Shown: positions 1 through 6,153, counted from the stretch's first letter. The stretch is DNA of 8,866 bases from Promethearchaeota archaeon (GCA_014729055.1 WJKO01000587.1:1-8866); one strand, 5' to 3'. Notes: generated by a model not told the origin, from the letters alone. Made by a program: numbers and translations.

Positions 1-120
1 CCATCACAACAAGCGGCTAAGATAGTACCAAAGCCAGAACCGAAACCTGAGCCAAAAGCTGAGCCAGAGCCCGTTAAAGCAGAACCCCCTCCACCTAAAC
101 CCAAAAAGAAGCAAAGACCA
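1..120 (+). other. Pro/Lys/Glu-rich extended linker (TonB-like PxPx rod) inside the partial CDS
   Basis: Translation is PSQQAAKIVPKPEPKPEPKAEPEPVKAEPPPPKPKKKQRP, with alternating P-[EK] dipeptides. The segment is locally much more GC-rich than the rest of the window because of CCN/GAR/AAR codons. Confidence 0.7.
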
Positions 121-1080
121 AACTTTGCTCCGGGTAGCAATGAAGAAAAAGTGATGCAACATATTCAAGCATTTGGGACAACACAACATGGAATGATGAA
201 GAAAACGATGGAGATGGGTATTAGTTTTGCTGCAAAAACGGGAGCAATCGGACCTTATTTGGATGTATTAATAGATGTTCCGAATTGGGGGACGGACTTA
301 GAAATCATGTCTGCCTGCGAATTATTGGGGTTGATAGGGAAATACAACGCCAGTGGTGCTACAACTCTGGGTAAAGTCTTAAAACATTCAAATCCCTATG
401 TTAGAGAAAAAGCAGCCGAAGCTTTGGTAAAAATGAAAAAGAATGCAGCTCCCGCGCAAGCAGCGCTCTTAGAAGCTACAAAAGATGTATCTCCAAATGT
501 ATCTAAGCTTGCATATCAGGCACTTAAAAACTTCAAAAAGATGTCAAAAGAAGAAAAGAAGCGAATTGAATTCATAGCCCAACAAGAGAAAGAACTGAGG
601 GAATTGCAAGCCAAATCTCAGCAGAAATTACAATCAAGTGGGGATCTGAAGCCGAAAGCAACGAGTTTTGATGAGTTTGATAATGTATTCTTTATGTCGC
701 ATGCAGTGGACGACTTTCCATGGGTAGAAAAAGCAGTAAAAGAAATTGAGAGTTGGCCTGGATGTCGATGTTGGATTTGTGAACGTGATATTAAACCCGG
801 TGATGATTGGATGCAAGAAATCTACAAAGGTTTGTCGAGTGCAAATTGGTTTCTATTATTCTGGTCAAATAATTCAGATAATTCAAAATGGACCCGTGAA
901 GAAATGAATGAAGCAAAACAGAAAAATATAGAAAGTGGCGGCGTTCCCAGGGTGAGTGTTATAAATCTTGGAAAGGATGAATGGCCAGCACTATTTGCAC
1001 GCTCTCAAAGTGCAAAAGTGCTCAGCGATGGTGATATGGCTTCGTATCTGAAGAATTTACGTTCTCAATTAGGTGTATAG
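1..1080 (+). CDS. HEAT-repeat / TIR-domain protein, 5'-partial (continues left of window)
   Basis: Frame +1 is open from base 1. There is no stop in the 50 codons before the GTG/ATG at 151/154 used by the ORF track. Those codons encode a periodic linker (PKPEPKPEPKAEPEPVKAEPPPPKPKKK), which argues for coding sequence, so the true start is very likely off-window. Stop TAG at 1078-1080. Domain content is listed in the sub-features. Confidence 0.8.
   Translation, partial: PSQQAAKIVPKPEPKPEPKAEPEPVKAEPPPPKPKKKQRPNFAPGSNEEKVMQHIQAFGTTQHGMMKKTMEMGISFAAKTGAIGPYLDVLIDVPNWGTDLEIMSACELLGLIGKYNASGATTLGKVLKHSNPYVREKAAEALVKMKKNAAPAQAALLEATKDVSPNVSKLAYQALKNFKKMSKEEKKRIEFIAQQEKELRELQAKSQQKLQSSGDLKPKATSFDEFDNVFFMSHAVDDFPWVEKAVKEIESWPGCRCWICERDIKPGDDWMQEIYKGLSSANWFLLFWSNNSDNSKWTREEMNEAKQKNIESGGVPRVSVINLGKDEWPALFARSQSAKVLSDGDMASYLKNLRSQLGV
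253..534 (+). other. HEAT-like (HEAT_2 / PBS-lyase type) repeats, about 2.5-3 units
   Basis: ACELLGLIGKYNASGATTLGKVLKHSNPY / VREKAAEALVKMKKNAAPAQAALLEATKDVSPN / VSKLAYQALKNF follows the helix-turn-helix pattern 'L..L.....a...L...L.d.np.VR..Aa.AL' typical of HEAT_PBS repeats. A K/E/Q-rich probable coiled coil (KEEKKRIEFIAQQEKELRELQAKSQQKLQ, about 541-636) follows. Confidence 0.6.
679..1050 (+). other. C-terminal TIR domain (TIR_2-like)
   Basis: Three hallmark TIR motifs occur in the right order and spacing. They are the betaA 'VFFMSHAVDD', the BB-loop region 'CERDIKPGDDWMQEI', and betaD/alphaD 'FLLFWSNNSDNSKWTREEMNEA'. The last aligns by eye to plant 'SxWCLxEL' and bacterial 'SxWvxxE', which places Glu (codon 901-903) at the catalytic position. 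Confidence 0.75.
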
Positions 1081-1119
1081 TTCTTTTATTTCATTTTATT
1101 TTTATTTTATTCTTTTATT
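1081..1119 (+). terminator. T-rich spacer between convergent genes; candidate oligo-T terminator for the + strand gene
   Basis: The 39-nt intergenic sequence is ttcttttatttcattttatttttattttattcttttatt. It contains reiterated TTTTATT-like units and a T5 run (1099-1103) on the + strand. On the - strand the same tract is A-rich and has no T-run. Confidence 0.35.
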
Positions 1120-4100
1120 TTATTTCATGTCTCTTAGTTTTCCAAGTTTTGAGGCACATTCACCCAATTTCTTCCCGATATAATCTTGTTTTTTAATATA
1201 TATTTCCTCCGAAATAATACCTTTTTCATAGTCGGCTTTAACTTTATCACGCATATTGTATAACATGTCCATATATTTCTTTAATTTTATCGCTGAATTA
1301 GATTCCTTCATGTTTGTTTCTTTAAAAGCACCGTTTGTGGTTGGTATCATATCCTTTTTATTATCTGAAATGTTCTTTCTTTTTTTCTTTCTACTTTCTG
1401 ATTCTAAATCCGGTTCTGCTTTTCTTTCGGTTACCTCAATTTCCTCTTTCTCTGTTTTCTTCGTATCTTTCGTCTCTAATTCTTGTTCTTTCTCTGTTGT
1501 ATCTTCATTTATATCTTTAGGTTTAAGAGTCTTAGAGAGATCATCATTTACATCTCTCTTTTGAAGCATCGCATTATAAAAAGGAATCCCCAATATTTTT
1601 AGACTTTTTTCAACCGCTTTTTTTAGAGTTCGTGTTTCATAAGTATATTCCCTCCAAAAGGCTACTATTTCCCGCCAATTCTCATCAGATAAAGAATCTT
1701 TCACATAGAAATAGATTCGGTCTTTCCGCTTAAGTACTTCAAGTATTTCTTTTACCTTTTCTTGCTTCTTTTTGTAAATGCTGTATGATTGTTTTATAAA
1801 TAGACTTACGGCAGCACTAATAATTCCACTCAACATTGCTTTCACCCAGAATTTCATTGGTTCTGGAGGTGGCCCAACCTTTTTGATGGATAAATCATCG
1901 AAATTAATGTTACCCGCCGTGTCTTGAATATAAAATCTGATGATATATACATTATCAATCTCCAAATTCGACCACAGATCTGTATTTATTTCCCCGCTGT
2001 TCCCCGTAAAGTATTCGGGTGAACTTTGTCCCGAACCGAGAATAATATACCAAGTTGTGTAATCATTTAATTCAGTAATATCTACATCAAATGCCGGGGT
2101 TTCGTGGAATTCTGTTCCAGCAAATGGCGAAACTACGTCTATGATAGGATCCGTTGCATCTTTGATAATTCCAACATCTGCGGTTCCAATATTTCCCATG
2201 CTATCATTTGCATAAAAAGTGAGCGTATATGCACCATCTTCGAGATTGGTCCATAATCCGGATCTTATAGTTTCATTACCTGTAAACGTGTAATTATGAT
2301 TGCCCCCATCAACTGAATACCAAGTTTCTTCAAAATAGAAATCAAAAACTGTGATGTTTAAGTCAAGCAGTGTGTTATTTATATATATATTAGGGTTAGG
2401 CTGAATGATCTCAATAGTGGGTTTTTCAATATCTTTATTTAGGACAAGATCTTTCTCCGCAAGATGACCCGCAAGGTCCTGCACATAGAATCTGATGGTA
2501 ACCGTACCATTACCTTGATCATCCCATTCATCTTCATCTATATCAATATTCGAGCCAGTGAATGGAATCATAGTAGATCCGAAATCAAGCGAATAATTCT
2601 GGGACTGAATTACATATTCATCAATTTCAAGATTTACGGAAGGTGCATCATACGCGTATACGTCATTATCGCTTGGGGTTAATATAGTAACAAATGGAGC
2701 CAATAGATCTTTAATATACCATTCTGGGATGAAATCTTTTGCATTCGAGACTCCGCTTACAGTATAAGGTGTTTCACCAAATCCATTGCCAGTGGCATCA
2801 AACCCATCATAATCATCCCAAAAATTACCTTGTGTGGTAGTATTCCAATCATTACTCGTCCCATTATCTTCGCCATTAATTGTATTTGAAATAAACGTAT
2901 TATTATATACTAGATTATCTTGATTTGAGTCTGCATCTATATATAAACCAATGCCCATGTTATTGGTAATATTATTCAGATATACGGAGAGATTGCTTAC
3001 TGAATTATTTAGATGAATCCCATACCCATTAGAATCAACATTATGTGATATATTGTTTTGGTAGAGATACCCTTCATCTATTTGAGCTAGATCTATTCCT
3101 TTAATGCTATTCTCAGTAATATTATTGTCAAATAAAGTGAGATTATGATGAAAATATGACGAGGTATAAGCGCTAGTCTTTATTCCGTTCTCATTATTCT
3201 TGATGTTGTTAAATTGTATTATCGTGCCATTCGCATCATATCCTGTATGAAGATTGATACCCCAAAGGCAGTTTTGAATTGTGTTGTTAAAAATCCACGT
3301 ATTATTACACGGTTCTTCTAATCCAGGTATCACAGAAATATCAATACCGACCAAAGTTGAGGAATTAATATAATTATGCTTTATTTGGTTGGAATGACAA
3401 TCGTGGACTAAATATACCCCATGCCGGTTATATGTTAGGTTATTATGCATAATTATATTATTACTTGAATTATCGCAGAGGAGAACGCCAGCCCCCGTAT
3501 TCTTCGATAGATTATTATTAAATATAATTCCGTTACTGGTATTTTGTATTTTTATTGCAGCTTGATAATCGGGAAAAACACCCCATTCAGAATTATTTAT
3601 TGAACAATTTTGAATCTGAAACTTGACATCGGAATTGTTAATATAAATCCCACTTCCAGAATTCCCACAGTCAATTAAGATATCCTTAATTACGTATGGA
3701 TTTTTTTCTGTTCCTTTTCCTTTTAACCAAATGAGGCTCTCAGCCCACGCCCAATCGTGACTACTTTGTTCGTCAATAATGATAGCGCTTCCGTTAAAGC
3801 CATCATCGTGTATTGGTAAATAATCATAAGTTAAATCACCCGTAGGTATAATATATGGATCATCTCCGATGCCATTGTCGTCATCATCATCTGAGAAGCT
3901 TCCGTAATTATACCAAATGTTTCCTAATTGAGAACTATTCCAATAATTGTTATCATTATTCGAATCAACCATATTCACAATATTTGGTGAGCCCGTCTGA
4001 TCGAATGTATTCAACCAGAATCTGTTGTAATGGCAATTGGATATTAAATATACGTTATATAACTCATTATCTCCGAAATAGTTACCTGTAAAGTTATTTG

Positions 4101-6099
4101 ATTCACACATACTCATTGTCAAGCCACTCCATGCTCCAGCTTCTGGTCCTCCACTATCCGTTATGGTGTTATATGAGAAGCTGCTGTTATCTACTTGACT
4201 TAGGGCAACTCCATTTCTTTTAGTATTATTAAATATCGTACAGCCGCTCATTTCTATATAATCACAATCAGTCATTTCAATTCCATCATCTTCATTGTCA
4301 ATAACACTGCAGTTGAGGATATCGATATGGTGTTGCCAACTGCTTATTTTGATACCATCGGCACTATTATTATGAATACTACAATTAGATATCGTAATGA
4401 GATTACAAGAAGATATGGCTGAAAAATCTACTATTTTAATACCATTGGCACTATTATTATGGATACAACAATTAGATATCGTAATATTCTCAGACTCAGA
4501 TATTTCAATACCACTAGCAGGATAGGATCCATATAAACCATTATTGTATATAGAAGAATTGATTATTTGACCATTATCTGTTGAATATAAACATATTCCA
4601 GAATGTTCACTGGCTTCACCACTAGAGTTTGTTATCGTTAAATTGACCAATTTGAAATTTTTATCTGATTCTCTGATATCCACACCACAAGACGAGTTTT
4701 GGGCGTTTATTTGTAGATCTTCAATCAAAAATGGATCTTCTTTTGTTCCAGTTCCACTGCACCAGTATCGGCTACCTGTGTAAGTCCAGTTGTTATATAA
4801 AACTTCGGTCGAATCAATTTGAATTACCGATCCATCGTAAAAAAACTCACCTGTAATAGGTTTAAAATCCGCCGCGGGTTCATTATCAGAGATATTATAT
4901 AAAGAATCACCAATTCCATCACCATCAGAATCGCTGTCTGTATAGTCTACCCAGTAATTACCTGCTATTGATGTATTCCAGTTATTTCCGTTTGCACCGT
5001 CAACTTCAAATGCATTAGACAAACTAGAATAACCAAAATAATTCTTTGATATATTGTTGTAGTGCGAATTAAACCCGACGTTAATAGTGACGAAGCTGTT
5101 ATTCACGATATTTTGCTTGATGGTATTATAAGAACAGTCGGAAATAGCAATTCCATAACCCGCACTATTGTTTATAAGATTTCCGTACACGAGATTATAG
5201 TGTCTATCTCTAATTTCTATACCACTTGCTCCACTTATATTGATATTATTTTCTATTATGTTATTGTACCATCCTCTTACCTGTATTCCATCATCAAAGC
5301 TGTCACTAATTATATTATTAGTAACATTACTGTTGTCACACCATTCCAAATAAATTCCCTTATTCGAACTGTTCACAATGAAATTATTTTCTACCCTACT
5401 ATGATGAGAATATACTAAATAGAGAGCTGTGTCTTCACAGTTAGTAATATTATTTCCACAAAATCTATTATCCAAATTATGAACGGGATGCATAGCAAGT
5501 GAATATATTCCATATCCCGTTGCATTAACGATTTTATTATTAATAATCGAATTATTATTACAATCATTATTTAGGTAGATTCCGTTCTCAAGTTCTAAAA
5601 TTGAATTGTTATTTATCTTGTTATAATTGCTTTCATTTGCTAAATGGATGCCATAATTACCCTCAAATTGAGTAGAGAAATTGTTCTGATACAAAGTTCC
5701 GTATGAAGTATTAACTAATCTAATACCCGCAGCGTTTGAATCCACAGATCCTATATTACTGAGCGTGCAATTTCTTATCTCGAAGTATTTGCTTGAGTTT
5801 TCAATAATGATTCCCGAATATTGATTTTCACAATCAATTTCTAAATCTTCTAGCACATAGGGATCGTTCTGACTTCCAGATCCAGAACACCAGCTTTCTT
5901 GAACTGCAAGCGACCAATTTGACCCAATAATATGTATCTTTTCCGCATCAACACTCCCAAATACTGCCAAATCATTTTTTTCTGATATGCCGTCTTCTCT
6001 TCTTGTTTGTGTGAACAAAGAATTATCGCTCAACAATAATATATTTAGTATAAATAGGCAAATAATGGTCTTCGAGTAAACGGTTCGGTTCAATTTCAT
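1120..6099 (-). CDS. Giant (1659 aa) type-I membrane surface protein: signal peptide, 3 NosD/CASH-type beta-helix modules, 3 Ig-like domains, TM helix, cytoplasmic tail with SHOCT-like C-terminus
   Basis: A 4980-nt uninterrupted ORF in AT-rich DNA. ATG at 6097-6099 lies 7 nt downstream of a GGAG Shine-Dalgarno core (within GGAGAG). Stop TAA at 1120-1122. The three modules share start and end signatures, and PbH1-like coils of the form N-x-[ST]-x-I-x-x-N recur throughout. Confidence 0.93.
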   Translation of the reverse strand: MKLNRTVYSKTIICLFILNILLLSDNSLFTQTRREDGISEKNDLAVFGSVDAEKIHIIGSNWSLAVQESWCSGSGSQNDPYVLEDLEIDCENQYSGIIIENSSKYFEIRNCTLSNIGSVDSNAAGIRLVNTSYGTLYQNNFSTQFEGNYGIHLANESNYNKINNNSILELENGIYLNNDCNNNSIINNKIVNATGYGIYSLAMHPVHNLDNRFCGNNITNCEDTALYLVYSHHSRVENNFIVNSSNKGIYLEWCDNSNVTNNIISDSFDDGIQVRGWYNNIIENNINISGASGIEIRDRHYNLVYGNLINNSAGYGIAISDCSYNTIKQNIVNNSFVTINVGFNSHYNNISKNYFGYSSLSNAFEVDGANGNNWNTSIAGNYWVDYTDSDSDGDGIGDSLYNISDNEPAADFKPITGEFFYDGSVIQIDSTEVLYNNWTYTGSRYWCSGTGTKEDPFLIEDLQINAQNSSCGVDIRESDKNFKLVNLTITNSSGEASEHSGICLYSTDNGQIINSSIYNNGLYGSYPASGIEISESENITISNCCIHNNSANGIKIVDFSAISSCNLITISNCSIHNNSADGIKISSWQHHIDILNCSVIDNEDDGIEMTDCDYIEMSGCTIFNNTKRNGVALSQVDNSSFSYNTITDSGGPEAGAWSGLTMSMCESNNFTGNYFGDNELYNVYLISNCHYNRFWLNTFDQTGSPNIVNMVDSNNDNNYWNSSQLGNIWYNYGSFSDDDDDNGIGDDPYIIPTGDLTYDYLPIHDDGFNGSAIIIDEQSSHDWAWAESLIWLKGKGTEKNPYVIKDILIDCGNSGSGIYINNSDVKFQIQNCSINNSEWGVFPDYQAAIKIQNTSNGIIFNNNLSKNTGAGVLLCDNSSNNIIMHNNLTYNRHGVYLVHDCHSNQIKHNYINSSTLVGIDISVIPGLEEPCNNTWIFNNTIQNCLWGINLHTGYDANGTIIQFNNIKNNENGIKTSAYTSSYFHHNLTLFDNNITENSIKGIDLAQIDEGYLYQNNISHNVDSNGYGIHLNNSVSNLSVYLNNITNNMGIGLYIDADSNQDNLVYNNTFISNTINGEDNGTSNDWNTTTQGNFWDDYDGFDATGNGFGETPYTVSGVSNAKDFIPEWYIKDLLAPFVTILTPSDNDVYAYDAPSVNLEIDEYVIQSQNYSLDFGSTMIPFTGSNIDIDEDEWDDQGNGTVTIRFYVQDLAGHLAEKDLVLNKDIEKPTIEIIQPNPNIYINNTLLDLNITVFDFYFEETWYSVDGGNHNYTFTGNETIRSGLWTNLEDGAYTLTFYANDSMGNIGTADVGIIKDATDPIIDVVSPFAGTEFHETPAFDVDITELNDYTTWYIILGSGQSSPEYFTGNSGEINTDLWSNLEIDNVYIIRFYIQDTAGNINFDDLSIKKVGPPPEPMKFWVKAMLSGIISAAVSLFIKQSYSIYKKKQEKVKEILEVLKRKDRIYFYVKDSLSDENWREIVAFWREYTYETRTLKKAVEKSLKILGIPFYNAMLQKRDVNDDLSKTLKPKDINEDTTEKEQELETKDTKKTEKEEIEVTERKAEPDLESESRKKKRKNISDNKKDMIPTTNGAFKETNMKESNSAIKLKKYMDMLYNMRDKVKADYEKGIISEEIYIKKQDYIGKKLGECASKLGKLRDMK
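1165..1284 (-). other. SHOCT-like short C-terminal domain (cytoplasmic)
   Basis: KLKKYMDMLYNMRDKVKADYEKGIISEEIYIKKQDYIGKKL contains 'G-I-I-S-E-E-I-Y-x-K-K-x-x-x-I'. This matches the SHOCT core pattern G-[IVL]-[IL]-[TS]-x-E-E-[FY]-x-x-[KQ]-K-x-x-[LI], and it sits at the extreme C-terminus as that family does. Confidence 0.55.
1300..1551 (-). other. K/E/T-rich low-complexity (probably disordered) cytoplasmic segment
   Basis: VNDDLSKTLKPKDINEDTTEKEQELETKDTKKTEKEEIEVTERKAEPDLESESRKKKRKNISDNKKD... The + strand here is a long pyrimidine-rich tract, which makes the mRNA purine-rich (AAR/GAR codons). Confidence 0.6.
1795..1851 (-). other. Single transmembrane helix of the giant protein
   Basis: FWVKAMLSGIISAAVSLFI (aa 1417-1435) is preceded by a Pro-rich hinge (VGPPPEPMK). 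It is followed by a basic cluster (KQSYSIYKKKQEK), which by the positive-inside rule puts the 223-aa tail in the cytoplasm. Confidence 0.7.
1876..2712 (-). other. Three tandem ~92-aa Ig-like/beta-sandwich stalk domains (about 2434-2712, 2161-2433, 1876-2160)
   Basis: The three units share a pattern. Each begins [KD]-x-P-x-I-x-I/V-x-x-P. Each has a mid-domain W-Y/W and F-T-G-N. Each ends Y-x-[IL]-x-F-Y-[AVI]-x-D-x-x-G-[NH] (TVTIRFYVQDLAGH / AYTLTFYANDSMGN / VYIIRFYIQDTAGN). Confidence 0.6.
2725..3792 (-). other. Beta-helix module 3 (NosD/CASH-like, aa ~770-1125)
   Basis: The module starts 'SLIWLKGKGTEKNPYVIKDILIDCGNSGSGIYINNS'. It ends 'GNFWDDYDGFDATGNGFGETPYTVSGVSNAKDFIPE'. In between are many ~22-25 aa coils of type N-N-[ILN]-[ST]-x-N-x-x-x-G-I. 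Confidence 0.75.
3811..4830 (-). other. Beta-helix module 2 (NosD/CASH-like, aa ~424-763)
   Basis: The module starts 'WTYTGSRYWCSGTGTKEDPFLIEDLQINAQNSSCGVDIRES'. It ends 'GNIWYNYGSFSDDDDDNGIGDDPYIIPTGDLTYDYLPI'. Confidence 0.75.
4351..4485 (-). repeat. Near-identical 48-nt direct repeat (4351-4398 and 4438-4485, period 87 nt) inside beta-helix module 2
   Basis: gataccatcggcactattattatgaatactacaattagatatcgtaat versus aataccattggcactattattatggatacaacaattagatatcgtaat, 44/48 identical by direct comparison. The copies encode ITISNCSIHNNSADGI and ITISNCCIHNNSANGI. Period is 29 codons, in frame. Confidence 0.9.
4855..5937 (-). other. Beta-helix module 1 (NosD/CASH-like, aa ~55-415)
   Basis: The module starts 'NWSLAVQESWCSGSGSQNDPYVLEDLEIDCENQYSGIIIENS'. 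It ends 'GNYWVDYTDSDSDGDGIGDSLYNISDNEPAADFKPI'. This is the classic NosD/Beta_helix terminal signature GN.W.dy....D.DGDGigD.py.i.....D..P. Confidence 0.75.
6007..6099 (-). other. N-terminal signal peptide of the giant protein
   Basis: MKLNRTVYSKTIICLFILNILLLSDNSLFTQ has a basic n-region (K2, R5, K10), a 13-aa hydrophobic core and a polar c-region. The exact cleavage site is not determinable by eye. Confidence 0.7.
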
Positions 6100-6104
6100 T
6101 ATAA

Positions 6105-6110
6105 CTCTCC
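6105..6110 (-). promoter_or_regulatory. Shine-Dalgarno site of the giant gene
   Basis: The - strand reads aaaGGAGAGttataATG, with the GGAG core 7 nt upstream of the start codon. Confidence 0.6.
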
Positions 6111-6145
6111 TTTATTTTGTATTTCTTGAATATCACATATTGAAC

Positions 6146-6153
6146 ATATAAAT
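6146..6153 (-). promoter_or_regulatory. Candidate archaeal TATA box for the giant gene
   Basis: The - strand reads gctATTTATATgttcaat, about 47 nt upstream of the ATG. A transcript starting ~25 nt downstream would have a ~20-25 nt leader containing the SD. The AT-rich background makes this only suggestive. Confidence 0.35.

Noticed and set aside
4-189. 61-aa antisense ORF overlapping the Pro-rich linker, and a 60-aa antisense ORF at 634-816
   Set aside because: Both lie entirely inside the much longer + strand ORF. Their translations are low-complexity (W/F/L/R-rich mirror images of the P/K/E codons) with no start context. They are typical shadow ORFs.
1375-1392. RKKKRK basic cluster resembling a eukaryotic monopartite nuclear localisation signal in the cytoplasmic tail
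   Set aside because: It sits in a generally K/E-rich low-complexity tract in a prokaryotic context. Basic clusters of this kind arise trivially from AAR/AGR-rich sequence, and no functional inference is justified.
1300-1560. Long pyrimidine-rich (+) / purine-rich (-) tract that might form H-DNA or act as a regulatory element
   Set aside because: It is fully explained as the coding sequence of the K/E/T-rich disordered segment. It has no mirror-repeat symmetry that I could see.
1256-1564. 102-aa and 61-aa + strand ORFs (1256-1564, 1335-1520) opposite the cytoplasmic tail of the giant gene
   Set aside because: Their F/S/L-rich sequence is the antisense image of the K/E-rich (AAR/GAR) coding tract. 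They have no RBS or promoter and are fully nested in a 1659-aa ORF.
2464-5418. + strand ORFs 2464-2682, 3855-4091 and 5062-5418 inside the giant gene
   Set aside because: These are short shadow ORFs opposite Asn/Ile-rich coding sequence (AAT/ATT are self-complementary-rich codons that suppress antisense stops). They carry no recognisable motifs.
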